The position numbers and the translations under genes are program-made. From IMG/VR virus record IMGVR_UViG_3300045988_010208: a DNA stretch of 64,000 nucleotides; one strand, written 5' to 3'. Of the stretch, positions 1 through 15,359 are shown piece after piece (the first letter of the stretch is position 1; each line of letters begins with the position of its first letter). This stretch comes from a virus (taxonomy: Duplodnaviria; Heunggongvirae; Uroviricota; Caudoviricetes). The notes under the pieces are model-generated. The model saw only the letters and a list, made by a program, of their open reading frames with translations. It made no database searches and had not been told where the DNA came from.

Positions 1-2
1 GA

Positions 3-5797
<5,795 letters not shown>

Positions 5798-5799
5798 TA

Positions 5800-6966
5800 A
5801 TGGCAGTAGGTGAAATTCAAATTAGTGCCTTGCCTCAAGCAGCCTTACCAATTGACCTTAGTGATATCTTCCATCTTAAGCAGGGTATTGAGGATAAGAG
5901 ATGCACTCTTGAGCAATTACTTGCTCCACACTCAAGCCTAAGAAATAACCCTCACGGTGTTACTAAAACACAAATTGGTTTAGATAACGTTATCAATGCT
6001 CTTCAGTTAGTTGCTGCAAATAACTTATCAGATGTTACTAATGTCACTGAGGCAAGGGCAAATCTACAGATTATGTCTTCAGAAGAGGTTAATAGCCTTG
6101 TCCAACAGCATATTAATGATAAGAGTAATCCACACAATACAACTAAAGCACAGGTTGGTTTAAGTAATGTTCAGAACTGGACAACATCCAACCTTTATAA
6201 TGAAGATGCAGATAAGTACGCTACAGCAAGAGCAGTAAATAACTTGTACAAGGCTGTTCAGGCTTCTTATCCAGTAGGTACTATCCATCTCTCTATGAAT
6301 CCTGCAAACCCTTCTACATATTTAATTTGTGGAGGTACTTGGGAGTTAGTTTCAAGAGGAAGAGCACTTGTAGGTTATGATAGTGCTTCTAGGCCAGTTG
6401 GTAGTAACTTTGGCTCAAGTAGTATTAGTTTATCTAGTAACAACCTACCATCACATAGCCATTCAATCTATCTAACTGGTGGTGGGCATACTCATGGTGC
6501 TACTATTACTATTGATGGCTTTGATTACGGCAATAAGAGCACAAACAGTTTCGATTATGGAACAAAGACCACTAATAGCACTGGTGCTCACACCCACTCA
6601 GTGAGTGGTTCAACAAATACCACAGGTAATCACACACATACTGTAGGTGGTCGTTACGGAGGTGACTCTATTGGTGGTAAACAACGTGTTCAGGTCTCAG
6701 GGACTGCTCAGGTTTCCAGTGTAGCTGGTGACCACTCACACACTATTAGCGGTTCAACAAATACCACAGGCAATCACCAACACACTGTTGCAATTGGTGC
6801 TCACACGCATACTGTTGCAATTGGTGCTCATACCCATAAAGGCACAGTAACTTTGCAGTCATCTGAGCATACTCACTCAGGTACTACAGGCACTACAGGT
6901 GCTGGTCAAGCATTTAGCGTTGAACAACCATCCTTTGTGGTTTATGTATGGCAAAGAACCGCTTAA
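5800..6966 (+). CDS. tail fiber protein with His-rich HxH repeat tip domain
   Basis: 388 aa; C-terminal region carries repeated GAHTHSVSG / GNHTHTVGG / AIGAHTHTV motifs like the metal-coordinating HxH repeats of T4-type fiber tips; C-terminal ~140 aa paralogous to that of the next gene. Confidence 0.6.
   Translation: MAVGEIQISALPQAALPIDLSDIFHLKQGIEDKRCTLEQLLAPHSSLRNNPHGVTKTQIGLDNVINALQLVAANNLSDVTNVTEARANLQIMSSEEVNSLVQQHINDKSNPHNTTKAQVGLSNVQNWTTSNLYNEDADKYATARAVNNLYKAVQASYPVGTIHLSMNPANPSTYLICGGTWELVSRGRALVGYDSASRPVGSNFGSSSISLSSNNLPSHSHSIYLTGGGHTHGATITIDGFDYGNKSTNSFDYGTKTTNSTGAHTHSVSGSTNTTGNHTHTVGGRYGGDSIGGKQRVQVSGTAQVSSVAGDHSHTISGSTNTTGNHQHTVAIGAHTHTVAIGAHTHKGTVTLQSSEHTHSGTTGTTGAGQAFSVEQPSFVVYVWQRTA
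6550..6960 (+). repeat. paralogous tail-fiber tip segment (copy 1)
   Basis: DNA and protein similarity to 9010-9365, e.g. shared GGTGCTCACACCCACTCAGTGAGTGGTTC and GGTGGTCGTTA.GG.GGTGACTCTAT.GGTGGTAAACAACGTGTTCAGGT. Confidence 0.8.
6784..6837 (+). repeat. 27-bp tandem duplication inside fiber tip coding sequence
   Basis: ACTGTTGCAATTGGTGCTCACACGCAT followed immediately by ACTGTTGCAATTGGTGCTCATACCCAT (encodes TVAIGAHTH twice). Confidence 0.8.
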
Positions 6967-7017
6967 AAAATTCTTTTACAGGGGGCTGTATAGCCCTCTT
7001 TCTAGAGGACAAAAATA

Positions 7018-9369
7018 ATGGCAGATTACAAGTTGAGTGAATTAAACTCAATCGATACAATCCGTTCAGATGACCTTCTTCATGTCAGGGTTAAAAAGAG
7101 ACCTGAAATGCTGGGTGATGAAGACCGTCGAATGACCTATCAAGATTTCTTAGCATCTTTTAAGCTTGAAAGATTTGTTCAGATTGCTGGTAGCACTATG
7201 ACGGGTGACTTAGGGATTGTTAAGTTACTTTATGGTGGTAAGGCAGTCTTTGACCCTACAGGCTCTTCTGAGATTAATATTGGGGATGTTTTAAAGACTT
7301 TTAAAATTAACGCAAATGGTCTTAAACTAACTATTGCAGATGCTTCGAGGTCAGCAACTGTTTATCATACTCTGAATAAACCAAGTCCTAATGAACTTGG
7401 GATGAGAACTAATGAAGAGAATGATGCAAGATATGCAAAACTGGCTAACTCGAATACGTTTAAAGCCAAGCAAACTATTACATCGAATGGTGAGATTTTA
7501 ACGCTAGTCACCCCTGCGGAGGCGAGTTCAGCGTACTGTGCCCTTGTAGGTAGAGACGCGAGTAATGAAAAGAATTGGGCTATTGGGAACCTAATTAGAG
7601 GCAGCTTTGATGTTCAAATCAAGAGTAGACAAGGTTCCATCCTCACTCTAGGTACAACTGTAACGATTAATAAGACCCTTGCTGTTGTTGGTCAGGTCAA
7701 ACCTTCTGACTTCTCTAACTTAGATGCTAGATACTTTACTCAGACAGTTGCTAATCAGAGATTTGCACAGTTAGCTGGCAATAACACATTTAGTGGTTCT
7801 AATATTTTCACTAATAATTTTGTTATTAAGAAGAATGCTAATGCTATTACTATTCAAAATGTAGATACAACTACGGCTTTGTATATCCAAGCAAGAAAAT
7901 CAGATGGAGCTAATAAGTGGTACATTGGCAATGACGGTGATGAGAGTATTGTAAACATCTATAACTATTTAGCAAAAACACAAATCTCACTAGGCAACAC
8001 CATTACTATGAGCAAAACAGTCCAAATTGGTGGTCAAGTTCAACCTTCTGATTGGACTAACATTGACTCTAGATATATTCCGGCAGCAACATTAAGTACA
8101 ATTGCAAGAACTAATGCACAAAATACTTTTAATGGTGTACAGAAAGTTGTTACTGATGCTGAAGCCCTAATTGTGAAAAACTATACTCAGAACAGACCAT
8201 TGTATATCCGTGGTGTGGACACTGCTAATGTGTCAAGGTGGTGGGTAGGTGTTGGTGGGGCAGATACTAATGATGTAACACTAAATAACAGTTTTTCTGG
8301 CACTCAGTTAGTTTTAGGTAACTCATCTGCAAGTATCAATAAGACATTAACCCTAGCAGGGCAGATTCAACCCTCAGATTTCTCTAACTTAGATGCCAGA
8401 TACTTTACTCAATCAGCAGCTAATCAGGAATTTATGTATGCAGGTTCCACAGGTACTGGTAGTGAAGTAGGTGATAGTGATGGCATTGCTTGGAATGCTA
8501 AAACTGGTCTGTATAATGTTACAGGTTATGGTGGAGGCTCAACACAACTTGTTTTCCAAATGTATCAGGGTGCAAGCTCTACTCCCTCTGCTCAATTAAA
8601 ATTCAACTACAGGAATGGGGGTTTTTGGTATAGGTCATCAAGGGATGGTTTTGGTTTTGAAGAGGACTTCACACAAATTTATACAGAGAAGTATAAACCA
8701 ACTCCTTCAGCTATTGGTGCATACACTAAAGCAGAGACTGACCAGAAGATTGCAGAAGCGATTAGTGACTCTACAGACCTGAATAAAATCTATCCAGTAG
8801 GGATTGTGACATGGTTTAACAGTAATGTTAACCCTAATACAGCACTCCCTGGGTTAACTTGGACGTATCTGAACAATGGTGTTGGTAGAACTATTAGAAT
8901 TGCAGCAGCAAACGGTTCAGATGTTGCTACAACTGGTGGTTCAGATTCTGTAACGTTATCTGTTGGTAACTTACCTTCACACACTCATAGCTTCTCTGCG
9001 ACTACTTCATCATTTGACTATGGTACTAAAACCACTAACACTACTGGTGCTCACACCCACTCAGTGAGTGGTTCTACTAACAACACTGGTGCTCATACAC
9101 ATACAGTTGGTGGTCGTTATGGTGGTGACTCTATCGGTGGTAAACAACGTGTTCAGGTATCTGGTACAGAACAGGTATCTAGCTCTGCTGGTGCTCACGC
9201 TCACACTGTATCTGGTACTGCTGCCTCTAACGGAAACCATGCTCACACTGTTGGTATTGGTGCTCACAGTCATACAGTTAGTGGTAACACTGGTGGTACA
9301 GGTTCTGGTTCAGCATTTAGTGTAACTAACCAGTTCTATAAGCTGATGGCTTGGGTAAGAACTGCTTAA
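7018..9369 (+). CDS. long tail fiber protein (receptor-binding) with internal repeats and HxH tip domain
   Basis: 783 aa; three internal ~40-aa repeats (..GQVKPSDFSNLDARYFTQ..); C-terminus LPSHTHSFS..GAHTHSVSG..GNHAHTVGIGAHSHTVSG paralogous to 5800-6966. Confidence 0.65.
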   Translation: MADYKLSELNSIDTIRSDDLLHVRVKKRPEMLGDEDRRMTYQDFLASFKLERFVQIAGSTMTGDLGIVKLLYGGKAVFDPTGSSEINIGDVLKTFKINANGLKLTIADASRSATVYHTLNKPSPNELGMRTNEENDARYAKLANSNTFKAKQTITSNGEILTLVTPAEASSAYCALVGRDASNEKNWAIGNLIRGSFDVQIKSRQGSILTLGTTVTINKTLAVVGQVKPSDFSNLDARYFTQTVANQRFAQLAGNNTFSGSNIFTNNFVIKKNANAITIQNVDTTTALYIQARKSDGANKWYIGNDGDESIVNIYNYLAKTQISLGNTITMSKTVQIGGQVQPSDWTNIDSRYIPAATLSTIARTNAQNTFNGVQKVVTDAEALIVKNYTQNRPLYIRGVDTANVSRWWVGVGGADTNDVTLNNSFSGTQLVLGNSSASINKTLTLAGQIQPSDFSNLDARYFTQSAANQEFMYAGSTGTGSEVGDSDGIAWNAKTGLYNVTGYGGGSTQLVFQMYQGASSTPSAQLKFNYRNGGFWYRSSRDGFGFEEDFTQIYTEKYKPTPSAIGAYTKAETDQKIAEAISDSTDLNKIYPVGIVTWFNSNVNPNTALPGLTWTYLNNGVGRTIRIAAANGSDVATTGGSDSVTLSVGNLPSHTHSFSATTSSFDYGTKTTNTTGAHTHSVSGSTNNTGAHTHTVGGRYGGDSIGGKQRVQVSGTEQVSSSAGAHAHTVSGTAASNGNHAHTVGIGAHSHTVSGNTGGTGSGSAFSVTNQFYKLMAWVRTA
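9010..9365 (+). repeat. paralogous tail-fiber tip segment (copy 2)
   Basis: See 6550-6960; about 85% identical stretches at nucleotide level. Confidence 0.8.
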
Positions 9370-9448
9370 TCCCTTATTGACTGATTGTTAAGATGGTGTT
9401 AATATTCTTTATGGGTATTCTCACCATCTTGGCTGATGAGGTGATTAA

Positions 9449-9643
9449 ATGCCTACAATCCTAGCAATTCTTCTAAAAAATCTAGGTAGTTTCTTCTGGA
9501 AACTCATTTTATCCCTTCTAAGTGAATACATGATTGAGAAAGTGTTCTTTAAGCTTGCAAGATACCTTGCGAGTAAAACAGACACACCTATTGATGATGA
9601 GTTCGTAGATAACTTAGAAAAAGCTTTTAAGGGGGAGAAATAA
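9449..9643 (+). CDS. small hydrophobic protein
   Basis: 64-aa ORF with hydrophobic N-terminal half, directly after the tail fiber gene. Confidence 0.3.
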   Translation: MPTILAILLKNLGSFFWKLILSLLSEYMIEKVFFKLARYLASKTDTPIDDEFVDNLEKAFKGEK

Positions 9644-10015
9644 ATGAAGTGGCTAGAGGAAGCTTTTAAAAATAATATTGGTGCAATTGTAGTTGGTATT
9701 TTTAGTGTTATTGGGATGTATACCACCATGCAAGTTTCGGATGGTAAACAAGAAGTGTCTATCACAACAAAGTTACAGCAGTTAGATAATTATTCCAAAA
9801 GTAATTATTCAGCTATTCGTGATTTACAGTCTGATATGAGGCTGCTTCAGCTAGGGATGGAGAACCAGAAAGTCCAGTTAGAGAATGTTAAGGGTGAGAA
9901 CGCAAAACTTACTAAGACTCTTGATAAATTCTCTGATAGTGTGAACAATCTGGCTCAATCAGTATCAGCCCTCCAAGCTATTACTGAAAAGAACACAAAG
10001 AATACTGAAAAGTAA
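9644..10015 (+). CDS. membrane-anchored coiled-coil protein
   Basis: 123 aa; one N-terminal hydrophobic helix (IGAIVVGIFSVIGMY) then heptad-like Q/L/N-rich region; followed by an intrinsic terminator. Confidence 0.4.
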   Translation: MKWLEEAFKNNIGAIVVGIFSVIGMYTTMQVSDGKQEVSITTKLQQLDNYSKSNYSAIRDLQSDMRLLQLGMENQKVQLENVKGENAKLTKTLDKFSDSVNNLAQSVSALQAITEKNTKNTEK

Positions 10016-10021
10016 AGTTTA

Positions 10022-10055
10022 AGGCTCCTTTTTACGGGAGCCTTTTTTGTTTTAT
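10022..10055. terminator. intrinsic terminator between convergent genes
   Basis: Hairpin GGCTCC-TTTTTAC-GGGAGCC followed by TTTTTTGTTTTATTT; sits between the 3' ends of 9644-10015 (+) and thyA (-). Confidence 0.7.
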
Positions 10056-10951
10056 TTACCTACTGACAAAGGTGCTTCAATCTTTCCTGCATGTTGGTAA
10101 TTGTAAATGCCACCAATAAAATCACTTGCAGTGAGATGTTTTAAGTCACTTAAAGTGTTAAGTGGGATACCAATCTCAAAAGTTGGTGCATGGAACTCTT
10201 CATTGTTCATCAGTTCATAAACCTGCTTCATATGATTCTGATAAATCTGAGTATCTCCAAAGACACCTATCAAGTACCGTGGAGTGTATCCAGTCATCTT
10301 ACAAAGAACTTCCAGAATAAAACCATAAGATGCAATATTAAACGGGAGTCCTAAAAAGGTGTCTACTGAACGCTGATACCATTGTAAGTCAACTTCACCC
10401 TCGTTAGTGATATAAATCTGAAACAGAACATGACAAGGTGCTAAAGCCATCGAGTTGGATGCAATATCTGCTGCATTCCAAGCATTAACAAGCATGTAGC
10501 GGTCTGTAATATCACCCTTCATCTTCGTTACTAAGGTCTCTAACTGGTCTACAACACAACCATTATGACCTTCAAAGTTTCTCCACTGAACCCCGTAGAT
10601 TCTCCCACCTGCGTCATCTAACCAGTCTTGTTCAGAAGAATAATTAGAGCTTAACCAGCGTTTAAAATCATCTGACCAGATAGTCCAGCGTTCTCCATCA
10701 TTTTCATCCCAAGTGCGGTAACGGAGTTCACCCAGTTTATTCTCACCATTCAGGAACCATAAAGCTTCCCCAATAACTTGCCGTGTAAACACCTGTTTAG
10801 ATGTTAAGAGCGGGAAACCAGTTCGCATATCAAAACGAAACTGAGGTGGAGCAAAAGCAGAGATAACATCTCCAGTTCGTGTAGTACGCAGTTCACCAAC
10901 GGATAAAACATGGTTCAAGATATTTTTGTAACTTGTATCTGCTTGTGACAT
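10052..10951 (-). CDS. thyA: thymidylate synthase
   Basis: 299 aa; ThyA signatures: RTGFPLLTSKQVF, EALWFLNG, active-site ALAPCHVLFQ. Confidence 0.92.
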   Translation of the reverse strand: MSQADTSYKNILNHVLSVGELRTTRTGDVISAFAPPQFRFDMRTGFPLLTSKQVFTRQVIGEALWFLNGENKLGELRYRTWDENDGERWTIWSDDFKRWLSSNYSSEQDWLDDAGGRIYGVQWRNFEGHNGCVVDQLETLVTKMKGDITDRYMLVNAWNAADIASNSMALAPCHVLFQIYITNEGEVDLQWYQRSVDTFLGLPFNIASYGFILEVLCKMTGYTPRYLIGVFGDTQIYQNHMKQVYELMNNEEFHAPTFEIGIPLNTLSDLKHLTASDFIGGIYNYQHAGKIEAPLSVGK

Positions 10952-10952
10952 A

Positions 10953-11498
10953 TCAAAAGTGTCCTTTTACTTGTGGAACATAAATTTCAAAAGTTGCTTT
11001 ACCATCCTCTGATGGTTTTGACTGTACCTTTGTAAACACACGGTTATCATACAGCTTCTCAAAGAAGTTTTCAAAAGGTAAATGCACAGTGGCCTCTTCA
11101 GTAACTTTATGGAAAACAGTATGGAACACCACACTAGCATACGGTAAAGCATTGACAAGGATACCTGCACCACCAATTACAAAGACATCTTCATCAATAG
11201 AGCTATCAAGATACTTCAAAAATGCTCCAAATGACTCTTTACTGGCTTTAGCATACATTACATCATCTTTGCCAAAGTCTATGCCTAAGTATGGTACAGA
11301 ATTTGTTAAGACGAGGTTTGCACGTTCTGGTAATGGTTTACTACCCAGAGTCTTAAAAGTCTCATTACCCATCACTACTAAATTATCTTTAGTGAGTCTC
11401 TTAAACTCTTGCATATCCTGTTTATGTCGAGGCCACGGCATACCAGTTGGAGTACCAAACTCCCCATTTTCACCACTTGCAAAGATTAATTTAATCAT
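10953..11498 (-). CDS. dihydrofolate reductase
   Basis: 181 aa; N-terminal IFASGENGEFG..MPWP....D...FK..T....VVMGNETFKTLG pattern of DHFR; adjacent to thyA as in T4 (frd-td). Confidence 0.85.
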   Translation of the reverse strand: MIKLIFASGENGEFGTPTGMPWPRHKQDMQEFKRLTKDNLVVMGNETFKTLGSKPLPERANLVLTNSVPYLGIDFGKDDVMYAKASKESFGAFLKYLDSSIDEDVFVIGGAGILVNALPYASVVFHTVFHKVTEEATVHLPFENFFEKLYDNRVFTKVQSKPSEDGKATFEIYVPQVKGHF

Positions 11499-11755
11499 TT
11501 TGTAAACCCTTTCTTAATGAACCAGTTGATAACATTCTTCACAGCTTTATTGCTATGGTAGATTAAGTGTGGCGTGGGTTGGTATGAACCATAAGCCCAG
11601 AATGATAACTGCTCACCACAACCAACACATGTCGTACTCTCTTCAGCTATATGACCATTAACAATCACATGAACTTCACCTTGTAAATCTGTACACCCAC
11701 AATGTGGACATCGGATAGGTGTTCCATCAGACTCATAGCAGTGTTCAATTTTCAT
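11495..11755 (-). CDS. small zinc-ribbon protein
   Basis: 86 aa with CPHCGC ... CVGCG Cys pairs. Confidence 0.45.
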   Translation of the reverse strand: MKIEHCYESDGTPIRCPHCGCTDLQGEVHVIVNGHIAEESTTCVGCGEQLSFWAYGSYQPTPHLIYHSNKAVKNVINWFIKKGFTK

Positions 11756-12271
11756 CTATTTAACCTCAAAAACTGGCTCAAGAACCAATATAAAGTCTAC
11801 ACAATCATCTTCTTCATCCAGAATACCGTCAAAGTTCTTAGGTACAAAGTCGAAGAGGTTCATAGAATATCGGTCAGAAGTAACCCTGATAGTGTTCCCT
11901 ATATTCTCTACAGTTAATATTGTACGGCTTTCTGTTACCTCACTTAGAAGATTACTCACAAAGTCATCTAAGAAGTGTTTCATCAGTGACTTGAAGCCTT
12001 TAGGGTAATCTGTACCAGAGTATGTTTCAATCTGAGGCACAAGCTTAACATTTATACTAGTCTTTGTTAAGAATGTGCTAGAGAACATGCTATCAGGTAA
12101 CTTACAAACAGTCTTTCCAGTACCTTCATGTTCAATCTCAACAAAACCAGCTTCGTCGCCACATGTGACTATTTTAAAAGATGCTTCATTCTCATACTGT
12201 GAAGCCATAAACTTTTTAAGCATCTCTTTAAGGAAATCTGCATGAGCATCTTGTAAGTAGACATCAATCAT
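11756..12271 (-). CDS. hypothetical protein
   Basis: 171-aa ORF abutting neighbours on the minus strand. Confidence 0.4.
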   Translation of the reverse strand: MIDVYLQDAHADFLKEMLKKFMASQYENEASFKIVTCGDEAGFVEIEHEGTGKTVCKLPDSMFSSTFLTKTSINVKLVPQIETYSGTDYPKGFKSLMKHFLDDFVSNLLSEVTESRTILTVENIGNTIRVTSDRYSMNLFDFVPKNFDGILDEEDDCVDFILVLEPVFEVK

Positions 12272-12284
12272 AGTTAATCACCTA

Positions 12285-12644
12285 TTATGGGAACAGACAC
12301 TTAATGTCATCGTTTTTGAAAACAAAACTTGTGTAGTTATGACCATCAACATCCAGCCAAACAGCCTGAACATCTACACCATCAAGATTCTGGTAAAGCT
12401 CTTTGATGAAGTGGTCTTTTACAATCTGACTGCTAGTTGTTTCCAACTTAATGTTCGAGATTGCTGAACCTACAGCCATATAACCCATGACACGTTTCTT
12501 CTCAGTATGCTTAATCTTACCATCTTTGTAAGCCATAATGAGATTGGAAAGAATCTTTACACCATAATACTTTTCAAGGTGAGTAGGTACACCATAAAAG
12601 CCTAATGCGAAGTTTTCAGAGTGGATAATGTTTTCACGTTTCAT
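12285..12644 (-). CDS. hypothetical protein
   Basis: 119-aa ORF on the minus strand. Confidence 0.4.
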   Translation of the reverse strand: MKRENIIHSENFALGFYGVPTHLEKYYGVKILSNLIMAYKDGKIKHTEKKRVMGYMAVGSAISNIKLETTSSQIVKDHFIKELYQNLDGVDVQAVWLDVDGHNYTSFVFKNDDIKCLFP

Positions 12645-12645
12645 A

Positions 12646-12975
12646 TTAATCTGCCAACCTTAAATTGAAATTAACACCAAATTTTTCACATACTTCCAAC
12701 ATATACTCAAGGGAAACATTACCAGTGAGGTGGATTATGTTGGATACACGAGCCTGAGAGATACCACAAATTTTAGCAACTTGCTCTTGAGAAAGACCTC
12801 TTGATTTAATCTCTCTCTTAAAACGATGTGCAACGAAGTCTCTCATTTCGTCTACATCCATTGGACAAATATAACTCTCCATTTCAGCCTCTCTATCAGC
12901 CTCCCAATCATCTTGTGGGGCATAAGGGTCAAAAAACTCATTCATCTTTCTTCTTCCGTTTGCGTGAAGTGTCAA
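12646..12975 (-). CDS. HTH (XRE-family-like) DNA-binding protein
   Basis: 109 aa; helix-turn-helix signature GLSQEQVAKICGISQARVSNI. Confidence 0.55.
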   Translation of the reverse strand: MTLHANGRRKMNEFFDPYAPQDDWEADREAEMESYICPMDVDEMRDFVAHRFKREIKSRGLSQEQVAKICGISQARVSNIIHLTGNVSLEYMLEVCEKFGVNFNLRLAD

Positions 12976-13150
12976 TCAATGAATCTATGTTTGTAGCCCT
13001 AACCTTTTCACGTTCATCGTTAAGATAATCATCAAGAGCCTTTTCAATCTGTGAATCATCTTGACAGATAACTGTAAAGACTGTAAAGCCGTCTGTATCG
13101 TCAATTATCTTACCATAACCGCTTCTGGGATGTAACTTTTTAAGAGCCAT
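12938..13150 (-). CDS. hypothetical protein
   Basis: 70-aa ORF with Lys-rich C-terminus; 3' end overlaps the start of 12646-12975. Confidence 0.3.
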   Translation of the reverse strand: MALKKLHPRSGYGKIIDDTDGFTVFTVICQDDSQIEKALDDYLNDEREKVRATNIDSLIDTSRKRKKKDE

Positions 13151-13151
13151 A

Positions 13152-13535
13152 TCAAATACCTGTGCAGCTTCTGTTTTCTAAGAAATATTCAACACCGTAC
13201 ATAGCTTTTTGCATCAAATCTTCTTTAAACTGGATACGATGGTTGAGCATAGCCTGTACATCAATATCATCATGGTGCTTTTCTTTAATATTTGCAGATT
13301 GCAGGAAATACTCTGCAAGAACACGATATTGATAGTCAGTTACCTTATCAGTCATCTCTGTTAAAGACTCTTCAGAGATTGGTTTAAGTAGCTCACCATT
13401 CGCTAGAGCAACCCCTTTAACAATCTGGCAAGTGTCTTCTGGAACACCTGATAAATCCACATTTGGAAGTTCTGTTGCACTGACTGGTAAATTCATTGCC
13501 ATAACCATTGCAGCAGCTAATAAAATCTTTTTCAT
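13152..13535 (-). CDS. secreted/periplasmic protein
   Basis: 127 aa; N-terminus MKKILLAAAMVMAMNLPVSA|TE is a classical Sec signal peptide with AxA-like cleavage site. Confidence 0.5.
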   Translation of the reverse strand: MKKILLAAAMVMAMNLPVSATELPNVDLSGVPEDTCQIVKGVALANGELLKPISEESLTEMTDKVTDYQYRVLAEYFLQSANIKEKHHDDIDVQAMLNHRIQFKEDLMQKAMYGVEYFLENRSCTGI

Positions 13536-13715
13536 AATGACCTCAAAGTTATATTAAATTTTGTATTACATTGAGTATAAAAATAAGCTATAACACCTGA
13601 CTTGTCAACAGATTTTATAGCTTATTTGGCAGATTTTTTATAAGGCTACTGCCATCCTTCCATACATTACCTAACCAAGCCGAACATCACACAACCAGAC
13701 CGAGCCGCACCCCGC

Positions 13716-13794
13716 CTTATTAAAAGACCCTCTTTAAAGGCCTTTTAAAAAGGTGAGTCTCATTTTAATGTAGTTGAGACTAACTACCCACACC
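13716..13794. repeat. intergenic repeat module A, copy 1
   Basis: ~79 bp CTTATTAAAAGACCCTCTTTAAAGGCCTTTTAAAAAGGTGAGTCTCATTTTAATGTAGTTGAGACTAACTACCCACACC; about 90% identical to 15230-15308; contains inverted repeat GTCTCA..TGAGAC. Confidence 0.8.
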
Positions 13795-13845
13795 TTACCT
13801 CACCTGACCTGACCTGACCCTACCTAACATTACCGTGCCGCACCT

Positions 13846-13921
13846 CACTTAAAAACCTTCTTAGAAGACTCTTAAGTGATGTAATCGAATTTTAATGTAG
13901 CTCCGATTAACTACCCATACC
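13846..13921. repeat. intergenic repeat module B, copy 1
   Basis: CACTTAAAAACCTTCTTAGAAGACTCTTAAGTGATG... with inverted repeat CACTTAA/TTAAGTG; recurs at 15360-15395. Confidence 0.7.
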
Positions 13922-13965
13922 TGACCAAACCTTGCCAAACCTTACCTCACCCAACTACACCGAAC

Positions 13966-14002
13966 CTTATTAAAAGACCCTCTTAAAGACCTTTTAAAAA
14001 GG
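13966..14002. repeat. intergenic repeat module A, partial copy
   Basis: CTTATTAAAAGACCCTCTTAAAGACCTTTTAAAAAGG, first half of module A, fused to a terminator hairpin. Confidence 0.7.
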
Positions 14003-14018
14003 AGCCTCCGAAGAGGCT
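13990..14018 (-). terminator. intrinsic terminator (minus strand) after 14030-14470
   Basis: Minus-strand RNA: hairpin AGCCUC-UUCG-GAGGCU followed by UUUUUAAAA. Confidence 0.6.
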
Positions 14019-14029
14019 GCCTAGTCAAC

Positions 14030-14470
14030 TTAGAAAGGTTTTCTACGTTGCTTGTTAATGTTAGCTTTCATAGCAGCTAAATGGTTTTGCTGTTCAATTA
14101 GTCGTGAACGTTCTTGATGGCTAAGTGCCATAGTGTTCACATTCTCAATTGCTTGAGTGGCTTGCTTTAAAGCTCGACCAATCTTACCAGACATTTTACG
14201 TTTTGCAATAGTTGCTTGATGCTTAGGTTCAACCACACGATAACCAACACCCATTGAAGCAACCAGATAAATCTTCTCTTCTTTAAGAAGCTTCTCAATA
14301 AACTTCTCAAGTCGGTTTAGACGTGTAAGCGCATAAGCCTTCATTTCATCTTCGTACTTAACAATGTCACCTTGATAAGTTGGCTTCACAATACCTAAGA
14401 AGGTGTCCATCTCAGAATGTGATACAGTGTCACCGTAACTAAACTTTGCTGCTAATGCTTTCGTATTCAT
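14030..14470 (-). CDS. hypothetical protein
   Basis: 146-aa ORF; basic C-terminus. Confidence 0.4.
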   Translation of the reverse strand: MNTKALAAKFSYGDTVSHSEMDTFLGIVKPTYQGDIVKYEDEMKAYALTRLNRLEKFIEKLLKEEKIYLVASMGVGYRVVEPKHQATIAKRKMSGKIGRALKQATQAIENVNTMALSHQERSRLIEQQNHLAAMKANINKQRRKPF

Positions 14471-14472
14471 AA

Positions 14473-15078
<606 letters not shown>

Positions 15079-15229
15079 TTAGTTGATTGTTAAGTTGTTT
15101 GTAAAGAACCCTCAACAGAAGACTCTTTAGAAACTTGGTAGATTTTTAACGTGGCTACTACCATCCACCCATACCAGACCAGACCAGACCAAGCCAAGCC
15201 CAACACTACCGAACCGGACACGACCAGAC

Positions 15230-15308
15230 CTTATTAAAAGACCCTGTTTAAAGACCTTTTAAAAAGGTAAGTCTCATTTTAATGTAGCTGAGACTAACTA
15301 CCCACACC
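15230..15308. repeat. intergenic repeat module A, copy 2
   Basis: Near-identical copy of 13716-13794 in a different intergenic region. Confidence 0.8.
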
Positions 15309-15359
15309 AAACCATAGCATACATCGCATTACCGGACAGAACCATACTTTACCAAACAT

